A stretch of 61,539 bases of DNA, filler included, from 6 parts of 6 records of this genome joined end to end with filler, not necessarily neighbours in it, one strand, 5' to 3'; shown: positions 9,496-20,504, numbered from the whole stretch's first letter. Translations and numbers: made by a program. The notes: generated by a model not told the origin, from the letters alone.

Positions 9496-10638
9496 CTAAT
9501 CTTTCAAAATTCCTCTTGAAATAACGATTTTCTGAATTTCAGAAGTTCCTTCATAGATCTGCGTAATTTTCGCATCTCTCATTAAACGCTCAACGTGATA
9601 CTCTCTTACGTAACCGTATCCACCGTGAATTTGAACAGCCTCTGTGGTAACGAACTGCGCAATTTCTGAAGAGAATAATTTTGCCATAGACGCCGCTTCA
9701 GTGAAGTCAATTCCTCTGTCTTTTTTATCTGCTGCATTCAAACAAAGCATTCTAGCTGCCTCAACTTTCGTTGCCATATCGGCTAATTTAAATGCGATAC
9801 CTTGGTGCTTATAAATTTCTTTTCCAAAAGTTTTTCTTTCTTTTGAATAGGCGATCGCCAATTCCAATGCTCCAGATGCAATACCTAAAGCCTGAGATGC
9901 AATACCGATTCTTCCGCCACCTAAAGTTTGCATTGCAAATTTAAATCCGAATCCTTCTTCACCAATTCTATTTTCTTTAGGAACTTTTACATCATTGAAG
10001 ATCAAGGTGTGTGTATCTGAACCTCTGATTCCCATTTTGTCTTCTTTCTCACCAACGATAAATCCATCCATTCCCCGTTCAACGATCAAGCAATTTATTC
10101 CGTGATGTCCTTTTTCACGATCTGTTTGACACATTACTAAGTAAATCTCAGCTGAACTTCCGTTTGTAATCCAGTTTTTCGTACCGTTCAATAGGTAATG
10201 ATCTCCTTGGTCGATTGCTGTTGTTTGTTGAGATGTTGCGTCTGAACCAGCTTCTGGCTCTGATAAACAAAAGGCACCGATTTTCTGTCCTTCTGCAATC
10301 GCTCTCAAGTATTTCTCTTTTTGCTCTTCGGTTCCAAATCGCTCTAGACCCCAGCATACTAATGAGTTGTTTACTGACATACATACAGAAGTCGAAGCGT
10401 CAACCTTAGAAATTTCTTCCATGGCCAAAACGTAAGAAACGGTATCCATTCCTCCGCCTCCGTATTTAGGATCTACCATCATCCCGAAAAATCCTAATTC
10501 TCCGAGTTGTTTGATCTCTTCTCCTGGAAATTTCGCGTGAATATCTCTATCGATAACCCCAGGTTTTAACACGTTTTGAGCAAAGTCTCTCGCTGCATCC
10601 CTTACTGCTAATTGTTCTTCTGTAAACTTAAAGTCCAT
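9496..10638 (-). CDS. Acyl-CoA dehydrogenase (short-chain/butyryl-CoA type)
   Basis: FCLSEPEAGSDA, NGTKNWITNG, GRIGIASQALG, QIHGGYGY..ERLMRDAKITQIYEGTSEIQ. Confidence 0.95.
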   Translation of the reverse strand: MDFKFTEEQLAVRDAARDFAQNVLKPGVIDRDIHAKFPGEEIKQLGELGFFGMMVDPKYGGGGMDTVSYVLAMEEISKVDASTSVCMSVNNSLVCWGLERFGTEEQKEKYLRAIAEGQKIGAFCLSEPEAGSDATSQQTTAIDQGDHYLLNGTKNWITNGSSAEIYLVMCQTDREKGHHGINCLIVERGMDGFIVGEKEDKMGIRGSDTHTLIFNDVKVPKENRIGEEGFGFKFAMQTLGGGRIGIASQALGIASGALELAIAYSKERKTFGKEIYKHQGIAFKLADMATKVEAARMLCLNAADKKDRGIDFTEAASMAKLFSSEIAQFVTTEAVQIHGGYGYVREYHVERLMRDAKITQIYEGTSEIQKIVISRGILKD

Positions 10639-10792
10639 TCTAAAAAAATTTGTTTTTTATCTGTGACACATTCATTATGAGTGCTGCGAATTTAATCATT
10701 TATTCACAAAAATTTGTTTCGCGTTTAGAGAAAATCGCACATTATTTTAACCGTTTTGTCCTAATATTGTTTTTCTAAAAGCTTAATATTCT

Positions 10793-11872
10793 ATGAGTCA
10801 AGATTTCAAGGTGATCGGAGTCATGTCAGGAACATCTCTTGACGGCCTAGACATTTGTTGTTGTCGGTTTTTTTCTAAGCAATATGGATTCGATTATGAA
10901 ATCATAGCTGCAGAATCTTATGAGTATACGTCTGAATTTAGACATAAGCTGTTGGCTGCATATCAACGCGAGCTTTCAGATTTAACAGAAATTGATATTG
11001 AATTTGGTGTATATACAGCCAAAATGATCCGCCATTTCATGCTGAAAAATAATTTGATGAATCAAGTTGACTTGATTGGCTCACACGGTCAAACAATTTT
11101 TCATGAGCCAGATAAAGGCATTACCATTCAAATTGGTGACGGTCAAATAATCGCAAACCAAACCGGTATAAAAACGATCAATAATTTTAGAATTAAGGAT
11201 GTCGAGTTAGGTGGGCAAGGAGCGCCATTGGTTCCAATTGGAGACCGTCTGTTGTTTAGCGAAATAGAAGCTTGTTTAAACTTGGGAGGAATTGCAAACA
11301 TTAGTTTCGAGCATCAGAATGATCGAATTGCATTTGATATCTGCCCGGCAAATTTACCCTTGAACAAATTGGTTGAAGATAAATTCAATATCCCATTTGA
11401 TAAAAATGGAGAAATCGCGAGTTCCGGAAAAGTGATTTCAAGGTTATTAGAAGAATTAAATGCACTTGATTTTTATCAAAAAAGTCATCCTAAGTCATTA
11501 TCTCAAGAATGGTTAGATGCCGAATTTTATCCCTTTATACGTAAGTATAAAGATTCGCCAATTGCGCATGTGTTGAGAACGATTATCGAACATGAAACCA
11601 CACAGATAGCAGCCGTTCTCGATCAATTTAAGTTGAAAAATGTGTTGATTACTGGAGGTGGCGCTTTAAATCCTTTCTTTATTGAAGTTTTAAGAAAAAA
11701 AACTACTGCTGAAATCATGTTACCAGAGCTCGAATTAATCGAATTTAAAGAAGCATTGATTTTCGCTTTTTTGGCCTTTTTAAACGAAAATAACCAAGTG
11801 AATACATTGTCCTCAGTAACAGGGGCAAGTCGTAATTCAATAGGAGGTATGTCGTGGTTTCCGATCGCTTAG
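10793..11872 (+). CDS. anmK: Anhydro-N-acetylmuramic acid kinase
   Basis: GVMSGTSLDG, GSHGQT, GGQGAPLVP, NLGGIANI, KEALIFA. Confidence 0.95.
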   Translation: MSQDFKVIGVMSGTSLDGLDICCCRFFSKQYGFDYEIIAAESYEYTSEFRHKLLAAYQRELSDLTEIDIEFGVYTAKMIRHFMLKNNLMNQVDLIGSHGQTIFHEPDKGITIQIGDGQIIANQTGIKTINNFRIKDVELGGQGAPLVPIGDRLLFSEIEACLNLGGIANISFEHQNDRIAFDICPANLPLNKLVEDKFNIPFDKNGEIASSGKVISRLLEELNALDFYQKSHPKSLSQEWLDAEFYPFIRKYKDSPIAHVLRTIIEHETTQIAAVLDQFKLKNVLITGGGALNPFFIEVLRKKTTAEIMLPELELIEFKEALIFAFLAFLNENNQVNTLSSVTGASRNSIGGMSWFPIA

Positions 11873-11945
11873 TCGAGAAGTGAATAAAATCCACTTGTAC
11901 ATTTAAAATCTTTGTTATTTTTGCGCACGTTAAAATTCAAGATCC

Positions 11946-13175
11946 ATGCTAGAGTTATTAAACAAATTTGAGAACAAGAAACCAGAGATTGTCTTTGAAT
12001 GGACAGATGCTGAGACTGAGGCAGAGGGATGGGTTGTGATTAACTCATTGAGAGGTGGAGCAGCTGGTGGAGGAACTCGAATGCGAGTGGGCTTGGATAA
12101 AAGAGAAGTTGAATCTCTAGCCAAAACCATGGAGGTTAAATTCACTGTTGCTGGGCCACAGATTGGAGGAGCAAAATCAGGGATTAACTTTGACCCAAAT
12201 GACCCAAGAAAAGAAGGGGTTTTAAGACGTTGGTATGCAGCTGTAACTCCTTTACTCAAACATTATTACGGAACAGGTGGAGATTTGAATGTGGATGAAA
12301 TTCATGAAGTAATTCCTATTACTGAAGATTGCGGAGTTTGGCATCCGCAAGAGGGAGTTTTTAACGGTCATTTTCAACCGCGAGAAGCACAAAAAATTAA
12401 TAGAATTGGTCAATTACGTCAAGGTGTCTTGAAAGTAATTGAAGATAAAAAATATACGCCATCTGTAGATCGCAAGTATGTGGTTGCTGATATGATTACT
12501 GGCTACGGTGTTGCCGAGGCGGTTCTTCACTTCTACAATATTTACGGAGGTGAATTGAAAGGTAAAAAAGCCATTATTCAAGGATGGGGAAATGTTGGTT
12601 CTGCTGCAGCTTATTATTTAGCACAAGAAGGTGCTAAAGTTGTTGGGATTATTGATAGAGTTGGTGGTTTAATCAATGAAGACGGATTTTCTTTGGAGGA
12701 AATCAGAGAATTGTTCCTGAATAAAGACGGAAACAAATTGAATGCTCCAAATATGTTGTCTTTTGAAGAAGTTAATGACAAGATTTGGGATGTGAAAGCC
12801 GAGATTTTTGCACCATGTGCTGCGTCAAGATTGATTACAAAAGATCAAGTAGACCGAATGATTGCTGGTGGAATGGAAGTGATTTCTGCGGGTGCTAATG
12901 TGCCTTTCGCAGATAATGAAATTTTCTTTGGTCCAATAGCGGATTATACGGATGAGCATTGTGCAATTATTCCGGATTTTATTTCGAATTGCGGGATGGC
13001 AAGAGTATTTGCCTACCTCATGAGTAATGATTTGGATGTCTTGACTGATCAAGGGATTTTTGAAGACACATCTAACACGATAAAGAATGCAATGGTAGTT
13101 GCACATCAAAAAAACTCAAATAAAACAAACATAGCGAAGACAGCTTTTGAAATCGCATTGAATAAACTAGTTTAA
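11946..13175 (+). CDS. Glu/Leu/Phe/Val dehydrogenase family protein
   Basis: GGGTRMR, GGAKSG, QGWGNVG NAD-binding, GANVP, PDFISNCG. Confidence 0.9.
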   Translation: MLELLNKFENKKPEIVFEWTDAETEAEGWVVINSLRGGAAGGGTRMRVGLDKREVESLAKTMEVKFTVAGPQIGGAKSGINFDPNDPRKEGVLRRWYAAVTPLLKHYYGTGGDLNVDEIHEVIPITEDCGVWHPQEGVFNGHFQPREAQKINRIGQLRQGVLKVIEDKKYTPSVDRKYVVADMITGYGVAEAVLHFYNIYGGELKGKKAIIQGWGNVGSAAAYYLAQEGAKVVGIIDRVGGLINEDGFSLEEIRELFLNKDGNKLNAPNMLSFEEVNDKIWDVKAEIFAPCAASRLITKDQVDRMIAGGMEVISAGANVPFADNEIFFGPIADYTDEHCAIIPDFISNCGMARVFAYLMSNDLDVLTDQGIFEDTSNTIKNAMVVAHQKNSNKTNIAKTAFEIALNKLV

Positions 13176-13186
13176 ACTCAGAAACT

Positions 13187-14677
13187 ATGGGATTAGAATA
13201 CATAATGGTTATCATATTTGTGATTGGTTATATTGCTATAGCCTTAGAACACAATATTAAAGTTGATAAAGCAGCATCTGCCTTATTAATCGGTATGATT
13301 TGTTGGGGGATGTATGCGCTTTGGCCAGAAACGCACTTGGGTGTTCAAGAAAATCAAACGGTTCTAGATATATCCCGAGATACCACGATAGCCAATGCAA
13401 ACCCTGCTTTTTCTGAGTTTGCCAATCATGAAGTAATTAAAGAAACGGATGAGATTTTGAATCATGGGAATTTTGATGCAGAGTTCACTACAAAAGATCC
13501 GCATGAAACTTCACATCACGTACACGAATATGTAGAGCATGGCTTAATGCACCACCTGTTTGAGATTGCCGGAATTCTTTTCTTTTTATTAGGGGCCATG
13601 ACCATTGTGGAGCTCATTGATGCGCACGAAGGATTCTCCGTCATTACTGATAAAATTAATACTACGAGTAAGGTTAAACTACTCTGGGTGATTTGTATCC
13701 TGACCTTTTTCATGTCCGCCGCGCTCGATAACTTAACCACCTCCATTGTAATGATATCGGTAATTCGAAAGCTGATCGATTCAAAAGAGACAAGATGGCT
13801 ATTCGGTGGATTCATTATTATCTCTGCTAACGCCGGTGGTGCTTGGTCACCAATTGGTGACGTTACCACAACAATGTTATGGAATAACGGTCAACTTCCA
13901 GAAACTACAGTAATTATCTACAACTTAATCATTCCTTCTTTGGTAGCTATGCTAGTGCCACTGGGCATTGCTTCTTTCTTTGTAAAAGGGAATGTTAAGC
14001 GACCAGATAAAGTAGAAAACTTACCTGGACATGTACATGTTGAGGTGACGAATTTTGAAAAGACTTTTGTATTCTTTTTAGGTCTTGCAGGCTTACTATT
14101 TGTTCCTGTTTTTAAAACAATGACTCATTTGCCTCCATTTACAGGAATGATGTTGAGTTTAGGTGTATTATGGGCGGTAACTGAAGTCATGCATGGTAAG
14201 AAAACAGGAGAGTTGAAAAGAAATCTTTCAGTAATCTCTGTACTTCAAAAGGTAGATACGGCTTCAGTACTTTTCTTTTTAGGAATCTTAATGGCAGTAG
14301 CTGCTTTACAAGAAGTAGGTCATTTGAATACCGTAGCAGGGTTCTTAGATGATTCAATGGGTGGTAATATTTACACCATCAATGTTTCTATTGGATTATT
14401 ATCAGCTATTGTAGATAACGTTCCATTGGTTGCGGCTGCTCAAGGGATGTACCCGATTGCCGAATCAGGTCAATTCGGAACATCTGGTGAATTTTGGCAG
14501 TTCTTAGCTTATTGTGCTGGAACAGGTGGGTCTGCCTTAATTATCGGTTCGGCTGCAGGTGTTGCTGTAATGGGCTTAGAAAAGATCTCATTTGGATGGT
14601 ACATTAAGAAGATTAGCCTTTATGCAATTATAGGTTATTTGGCAGGTGCAGCTTGCTATTACTTCATGTTCGCCTAA
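13187..14677 (+). CDS. nhaD: Na+/H+ antiporter NhaD
   Basis: LFFLLGAMTIVELIDAH, LDNLTT, ANAGGAWSPIGDVTT, IVDNVP, GTGGSALIIGSAAGV. Confidence 0.93.
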   Translation: MGLEYIMVIIFVIGYIAIALEHNIKVDKAASALLIGMICWGMYALWPETHLGVQENQTVLDISRDTTIANANPAFSEFANHEVIKETDEILNHGNFDAEFTTKDPHETSHHVHEYVEHGLMHHLFEIAGILFFLLGAMTIVELIDAHEGFSVITDKINTTSKVKLLWVICILTFFMSAALDNLTTSIVMISVIRKLIDSKETRWLFGGFIIISANAGGAWSPIGDVTTTMLWNNGQLPETTVIIYNLIIPSLVAMLVPLGIASFFVKGNVKRPDKVENLPGHVHVEVTNFEKTFVFFLGLAGLLFVPVFKTMTHLPPFTGMMLSLGVLWAVTEVMHGKKTGELKRNLSVISVLQKVDTASVLFFLGILMAVAALQEVGHLNTVAGFLDDSMGGNIYTINVSIGLLSAIVDNVPLVAAAQGMYPIAESGQFGTSGEFWQFLAYCAGTGGSALIIGSAAGVAVMGLEKISFGWYIKKISLYAIIGYLAGAACYYFMFA

Positions 14678-14824
14678 GCAATACAGAATTCACAGTTAAT
14701 AACTTCTTAATCGGCTCATTTTGGGGTTTGATTTATTACGTAATTTTCGAAAGAATTTGGGGTTACTGTGTTCAATTGTAACGATTGAATCGCCCCAGCG
14801 TTAATAAATTAAAACAAACCAATT

Positions 14825-15565
14825 ATGAGCTTTTTCCCGTTATTATTACAATCATCAGGGTTAGACAGTTTAAACAACGCGCAACAAGCGCAAGGGATTT
14901 CAGACTTAACACAGGATGTTAAGATTTGGGATTTAATTATCGGTATTGATCCCGTAACCGGAGAGCTAAGTATCACTAACTTAATTGTGATGATAGCCCT
15001 GTTTACGCTATCAGTGATATCCGTTTATATTTTTGTTGAACGCTACTTGTCTATTTCAAAATCATTGAAAGAAGAGCAAAATTTTATGATTCGCGTAAAA
15101 GAATATCTCTTGGATGGAAAAGTAGATGCGGCAAGAGATTTATGTGCTCAAACAGATAATCCAGCTGCTAGAATGGTTGAAAAAGGGATATCAAGAATTG
15201 GTAAACCTATGAGAGATATTGTCAGTTCCATTGAAAACGTGGGTAAACTCGAAATCTATCAATTAGAAAAACGGATGAGCTTTTTAGCTACAGCATCAGG
15301 TGCGGCACCCATGTTAGGATTTTTAGGAACTACCTTGGGGATGATTAGAACCTTTCACGCCATGAAGTTTGAGGCAACCATTAAACTGCAAACCATTTCT
15401 GGTGGTATCATGGAGGCCATGGTGACAACTGTTGCCGGATTGGTAGTGGGGATTATCGCATATATGGCCTATAATTATTTAGTAGCTAAAGTCGATAAGG
15501 TTATCCATCATATGGAAGGAGCTTCTATCGAGTTTTTAGATTTATTGAACGAACCAGGCAAATAG
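14825..15565 (+). CDS. exbB: MotA/TolQ/ExbB proton channel protein
   Basis: APMLGFLGTTLGMI, ISGGIMEAMVTTVAGL. Confidence 0.9.
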   Translation: MSFFPLLLQSSGLDSLNNAQQAQGISDLTQDVKIWDLIIGIDPVTGELSITNLIVMIALFTLSVISVYIFVERYLSISKSLKEEQNFMIRVKEYLLDGKVDAARDLCAQTDNPAARMVEKGISRIGKPMRDIVSSIENVGKLEIYQLEKRMSFLATASGAAPMLGFLGTTLGMIRTFHAMKFEATIKLQTISGGIMEAMVTTVAGLVVGIIAYMAYNYLVAKVDKVIHHMEGASIEFLDLLNEPGK

Positions 15566-15569
15566 TTGT

Positions 15570-15971
15570 ATGGATTTAGGAAGAAGAAATAAAGTAAAGG
15601 CTGAAGGCGGAATGTCTTCAATGACTGACTTGGTATTCTTGATGATGATTTTCTTCATCATAATGAGTACCATGAGTAACAATACACTTCCTGTTGAATT
15701 ACCTGAAAACGCAGACAGTTCAACAAGCCCAACAGATGCTATTGTAGAAATAGGAATTGCAGAAAATAGCATGTACTTTTTTGATAGTGACAAAAGCGCT
15801 TTTTATTCTTACGAAGAGATGGAGCCCATCTTGAAAGCTAAAATGGACAAAGAACCATTGAAGAATTTGAAGATTACTGGAGATAAAGTCGCTAATTACG
15901 AAGCAGTATTTAAAGTCATTGCCCTAGCCAAAATGAATGAATGGAAACCTGTGTTGACCTTCCAAATGTAA
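15570..15971 (+). CDS. exbD: Biopolymer transporter ExbD/TolR
   Basis: MSSMTDLVFLMMIFFII TM segment, VELP, ITGDK. Confidence 0.9.
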   Translation: MDLGRRNKVKAEGGMSSMTDLVFLMMIFFIIMSTMSNNTLPVELPENADSSTSPTDAIVEIGIAENSMYFFDSDKSAFYSYEEMEPILKAKMDKEPLKNLKITGDKVANYEAVFKVIALAKMNEWKPVLTFQM

Positions 15972-16079
15972 TTGGAACAAAAAGTTAAAAAAGGCGTACA
16001 AATAATCATTCGGTAAGGTTTTTGCAACCCTTAGTTTAAACTTCGTTATAGAAGTTGTTGCAAATTAAAATGAAGCGAT

Positions 16080-16832
16080 ATGAAAACGATTAAAGAGAGC
16101 ATTCAAGCGTTAAGAGAAGAGGATCACAGAAGAGCATTATATGCAGCTTTGGTTTTTATTATGTTACTTATCCTGTTCTTTCTGCTAGTTAGTTTAGAGG
16201 TGCCAGATCCACCCAAAGAAGAGAAAATTGTTGAAATATCTATGCCAGATATTGAGTTTGAAATGGGTTCACAGCCTGAAGGAGGAAGTCAAAGTTCTGA
16301 CATGAATCCCGATCCAACAGATCCTGTTCCTGAAAATGTAGTTGAGCCTTCGCAAGAGGTAAATACACAAACAGAATCAAATGTCGTGGTTACTTCAAGT
16401 AATGGATCAAACAATAGCAGTTCAACGCAAGAAACTACACCTCCGGTTGATAATACATTTACTTTCGGTGGCGGTAATGGAAATGGTCAAGGAAACGGCA
16501 GTGGTGATAATTTTGGTGATGGAACTGGTGTAGGTGGAAATGGACAAGGGAATACGCCTGGTGATGGAACACATAATCCGAATAGAAAAGTAATTACTCC
16601 TCCAAGTTTCAATGCTAATGCGCAAGAAGAAGGAAAAATCGCTTTAGATATTTATGTGGATGCAAATGGAAACATTGTTAAAACTAAGTTTAAAGAGTCA
16701 AAATCAACTTCTGGAAGTAATTATTTGAAGAAGTTGGCAGAAAAAGCTGCCAGAACTATGAAATATGACAAAAAACCAGGAGCTGGTCTTGAATACGTAG
16801 GCTATCAAATATTCTCGTTTAAAAAGTCATAA
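16080..16832 (+). CDS. TonB-family energy transducer
   Basis: N-terminal TM, Pro/Ser/Gly-rich linker, C-terminal EEGKIALDIYVDANGNIV TonB_C-like domain; follows exbBD. Confidence 0.8.
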   Translation: MKTIKESIQALREEDHRRALYAALVFIMLLILFFLLVSLEVPDPPKEEKIVEISMPDIEFEMGSQPEGGSQSSDMNPDPTDPVPENVVEPSQEVNTQTESNVVVTSSNGSNNSSSTQETTPPVDNTFTFGGGNGNGQGNGSGDNFGDGTGVGGNGQGNTPGDGTHNPNRKVITPPSFNANAQEEGKIALDIYVDANGNIVKTKFKESKSTSGSNYLKKLAEKAARTMKYDKKPGAGLEYVGYQIFSFKKS

Positions 16833-16865
16833 ATCTCATTGCTTTCATCTTACTTTGTATTCTGA

Positions 16866-18107
16866 ATGAAAGCAAATACTGGAAATTTTTCAAGCTATGA
16901 AGCGGTCATAGAATGGTTGTTTGTGCAATTGCCAAATTACCAATCCCAAGGCACAAGTGCTTATAAACCTGGTCTAGATAATATTAATGCCTTATTAGAA
17001 GGTTTAGATTGTCCGCAAGATAATTTCAAGTCGATTCACATTGCGGGAACAAATGGCAAAGGATCTACGGCTCACATGTTGGCGTCAGTTTATCAAGAAG
17101 CGAATTATAAAGTCGGCGTTTTTACTTCACCGCATATCTCAGATTTTCGTGAACGTGTAAAAATCAATGGCCAGATGATTTCAGAATCCCAAGTTATTGA
17201 CTTTGTGAATCAATCCAGAGCTATTATAGATGAATTGCAAGCCACTTTCTTTGAGATTACAACAGCATTGGCCTTCCATATTTTTTCATCCGAACAAGTA
17301 GATGTTGCCATCATTGAAACCGGATTGGGAGGAAGATTGGATTCAACCAATGTATTAAAACCAGAACTGTCTATTATCACAACAATTGGTCTTGATCATA
17401 CACAGTTTTTAGGCGATACCATTGAAGAGATAGCCAAAGAAAAAGCTGGAATTATTAAGTTGAATAAACCCGTTGTAGTCGGAAATATACCAGCGTCTGC
17501 ATTATTGGAGATTCAACAAATTGCGAACCAGAAGAATGCTGAAATTCATTTTTTAGCAGATTCAAATTTCGAAACAGACCTTAAAGGAGGTTATCAAAAA
17601 GAAAACCACGGAATAGTAATAAAAGCTCTTGAAGTGTTACAATCAGTCTTCCCAGTTTCAGAAGAGGCGATAATAACTGGATCAAAAAAGGTAGCAGTTA
17701 ACACTAATTTTTACGGCCGTTTTCAACAAATTAAGGAGTTTCCTCGAGTAATTCTAGATGCCGCGCATAACAAAGAAGGAGTAGAGGCTGTTTTTCAGCA
17801 GTTAGCTAAAATGAGCTTTGAAAACCTGTTTTGTATTTATGGCAGTTCAAATGATAAAGACCTTGATGCGATATTCAATATATTTCCTAAGAGCGCTCAA
17901 TTTAGTTTTGTTGAGTTTAACTCTCCCCGCTCAATGACAGTTTCTCAATTTCAGCAATTAGCCTTGAGTCATCATTTAAATGCTGACTATTATCAAAAAA
18001 GTATGGATGCTTATAAGTCGGTTACTCAAAAAGCAGGGGAGAATGATGTCATTTTAATTTTCGGAAGCTTTTATATCTTCTCAGAAATTTTAAAATCTCT
18101 TGAATAG
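16866..18107 (+). CDS. folC: Bifunctional folylpolyglutamate synthase/dihydrofolate synthase
   Basis: HIAGTNGKGS, FTSPH, ETGLGGRLDSTN, LDAAHN. Confidence 0.96.
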   Translation: MKANTGNFSSYEAVIEWLFVQLPNYQSQGTSAYKPGLDNINALLEGLDCPQDNFKSIHIAGTNGKGSTAHMLASVYQEANYKVGVFTSPHISDFRERVKINGQMISESQVIDFVNQSRAIIDELQATFFEITTALAFHIFSSEQVDVAIIETGLGGRLDSTNVLKPELSIITTIGLDHTQFLGDTIEEIAKEKAGIIKLNKPVVVGNIPASALLEIQQIANQKNAEIHFLADSNFETDLKGGYQKENHGIVIKALEVLQSVFPVSEEAIITGSKKVAVNTNFYGRFQQIKEFPRVILDAAHNKEGVEAVFQQLAKMSFENLFCIYGSSNDKDLDAIFNIFPKSAQFSFVEFNSPRSMTVSQFQQLALSHHLNADYYQKSMDAYKSVTQKAGENDVILIFGSFYIFSEILKSLE

Positions 18108-18180
18108 ACAGACTCTTAAGGGGGGCAAATCTTCTAAGTCTTAAATGGGTGAATGAGACGGTTAAATTTGTAAAAATCGA

Positions 18181-20436
18181 TTAATTGATCACTAGCTTCT
18201 TAGTGATACCAGAGCCATCAGTAATGATATAAATTCCCTTATCATAGGCCGTGACATCTAAACTTTGAATTTCAGAATTGATAAAATCTATGCTTTCAAT
18301 TAATTTACCATGTAAATCATAAATCCCAAAATGAGTGTTGGTTTGACCATCAAATTTGAAATTGACAATTGTATTGGTAGGATTCGGATATACCATTAGG
18401 TCTGAATTGGCAACTGTTTCTGGCTCATCAAGTCCAACTGCCGTGGTATTGATGGTTCCAAAAGTAGGGTAAAGATATTTGAACGGGCCTGTCCCGTTAG
18501 GTAGTCTGCCATAGGTAATGTCCGTTGTTTGAGGAGGATATTCAACATAATCAACTAAAAAACCTAGGTTATCAGAAAGATAAAGTCCTTCGCCCGCGCT
18601 CGACAATTTAAAATTCGCATGGACACCGCTTTGACCAGTTTGGTCATCACACCACACAATAAAATAACTGTCTGGCTGTAACATGAAATTTGGGAATGAC
18701 CATTTAATGAGGTTGCCGCTTTCATCAGAAAGATGATAGTCTGCTAGGTTTACAGCAGCATCAGAACTATTATACACTTCAACCCAATCATCATAATCTC
18801 CATTTAAGTCAGCTTGAATCGTTGAGTTAGTAGCAGATAATTCATTGATGATGAGATCCTTTTTAGGACTCAAATGATAGAATTCATATTCAGCTCTAAC
18901 AGGAGAAAATGCACCCGCATTCGCATTGTCGGCATAGAAATAATATTGCATGTCGGTTCCCAAAATTGTGATGTCAATTCCATAAGTGCCATCTCCCGCA
19001 GCACCGTCATTGTGTGCCCCATCATCAAACATTGGAACTTTGGTGAATACATCAAATTCGTTATAGCGATAACCTAGTGTTAATGAATTGGCATTTGACG
19101 CATCTGCAGTTATATTAATTAATGAGAATGGGTTAGGTTCAACAGGAACATTGATATTTGAAATAGTGGGCTGAAGAGCTTGGAATTCTGGGATTCCGTT
19201 AAGATATGTTTCTCTGTTAGACATTACATTTTCAAGACCTAAACGCAATTCCCATCCTGAGCCAACATTATCGGTAATATTATCCTGAAATTCTTGATAG
19301 GTGTATTCCAGATATTGTTCGTTTTGAACAACTGGAGCAATTAAATCACTCATAAATTGAGCCCGTTGCAAATAAGAATTGTTGCTGATATTCTCTTCCA
19401 TTATTGTTTTATAATGTGCAGTATACATTCTCTTGTATTTATCAATACTTAAAAGCTGGCTAATTAATGGTCTAAAATTCGTTGCTGAGATATGAATATA
19501 AGGGTCTTGCTCTATTAAGTCTGTCTCACCTCCAGGCCAAATTCCAGTTCCATTCCATAATAAACCGGCAAAGGACATATTTACATCCCATAAAATGATG
19601 CTCCAGCGTCCGTTATCCATTTGATAGATGTAGAAATTATGAGCAAATGCAGTATATCCATCATTGTGAACCAATGCACTGCTCAGTGCTAAAAACCATA
19701 AGGCACGATCAACATCTAAATGCTGCTCTATGGTGTTAGGATTGTTCTCTAATTCATAAGTCAGTGCTTGCAAGGCCGTTAGTCCTCCAATCGATTTTTG
19801 GTCATACAAAGTGTCGTAAGCCATGGTGTCAGGATGATAAGCTAAATTAGAATTGTCTCCAAATAGTTCAAACGAAACCGGGTCGCATTTAAAAAAGGGA
19901 TTATTACTCGATCCAAAATGCTCATTCAAAAATTCATTATCGATAGATTCAGTATTTGTATAAATCCCAATAAAATTACCGTTGATAGATAATTCAACAA
20001 AGCTGGCACGTGGACAATCCATATATTGATTAGCAATTTCATAGGTCAAAGCCTCACGAACCATTGAAGGGTCCGTATAGCAGTTTGCCAATTTTATTTT
20101 ATCCTTTCCTTGAAATTCCTGTCCGGGAATAGTGTAGTTCAAATCGATATTAAACGGATTCTTAACCTTGCTCGTATCCATTGAGCTGTTACCTTTATAG
20201 CGCACTCCACAACTGTCGAATTGACTGCCATTGATGGTAACGTCTGCTAAAATTCTTTCTGTTCCCGAACCTGTTCCGCTATTTAATGAGGCCAAAGAGT
20301 CTAGTTGATAATCCCAATCAGCATCATAGAAATTAATGTTCACCGTGTGAATTTGGTTGATATCAAAAATAGATTGCCCGAATGAAATTGATCCTATTAA
20401 AAGGAAAGAGTAGAGTGGAAGTAGTTTTATGCTCAT
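18181..20436 (-). CDS. CotH kinase family protein with lamin-tail domain and T9SS C-terminal domain
   Basis: GVRYKGNSS, REALTY, HNFYIY..WDVNMSF CotH motifs; MFDDGAHNDGAAGDG motif; INELSATN..DWVEVYN lamin-tail domain; VYPNP..KKLVIN; start placed at ATG 20436 (signal peptide MSIKLL). Confidence 0.88.
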   Translation of the reverse strand: MSIKLLPLYSFLLIGSISFGQSIFDINQIHTVNINFYDADWDYQLDSLASLNSGTGSGTERILADVTINGSQFDSCGVRYKGNSSMDTSKVKNPFNIDLNYTIPGQEFQGKDKIKLANCYTDPSMVREALTYEIANQYMDCPRASFVELSINGNFIGIYTNTESIDNEFLNEHFGSSNNPFFKCDPVSFELFGDNSNLAYHPDTMAYDTLYDQKSIGGLTALQALTYELENNPNTIEQHLDVDRALWFLALSSALVHNDGYTAFAHNFYIYQMDNGRWSIILWDVNMSFAGLLWNGTGIWPGGETDLIEQDPYIHISATNFRPLISQLLSIDKYKRMYTAHYKTIMEENISNNSYLQRAQFMSDLIAPVVQNEQYLEYTYQEFQDNITDNVGSGWELRLGLENVMSNRETYLNGIPEFQALQPTISNINVPVEPNPFSLINITADASNANSLTLGYRYNEFDVFTKVPMFDDGAHNDGAAGDGTYGIDITILGTDMQYYFYADNANAGAFSPVRAEYEFYHLSPKKDLIINELSATNSTIQADLNGDYDDWVEVYNSSDAAVNLADYHLSDESGNLIKWSFPNFMLQPDSYFIVWCDDQTGQSGVHANFKLSSAGEGLYLSDNLGFLVDYVEYPPQTTDITYGRLPNGTGPFKYLYPTFGTINTTAVGLDEPETVANSDLMVYPNPTNTIVNFKFDGQTNTHFGIYDLHGKLIESIDFINSEIQSLDVTAYDKGIYIITDGSGITKKLVIN

Positions 20437-20504
20437 GGTGAAGTATGTTAACTCAAAGTTAAGATAATCAACGAATTGTAGAAAACAAAGGTTTGGTAAA
20501 AACA

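Noticed and set aside
16466-16570. Gly/Asn-rich GGN repeats in the TonB-like gene
   Set aside because: Ordinary low-complexity periplasmic linker
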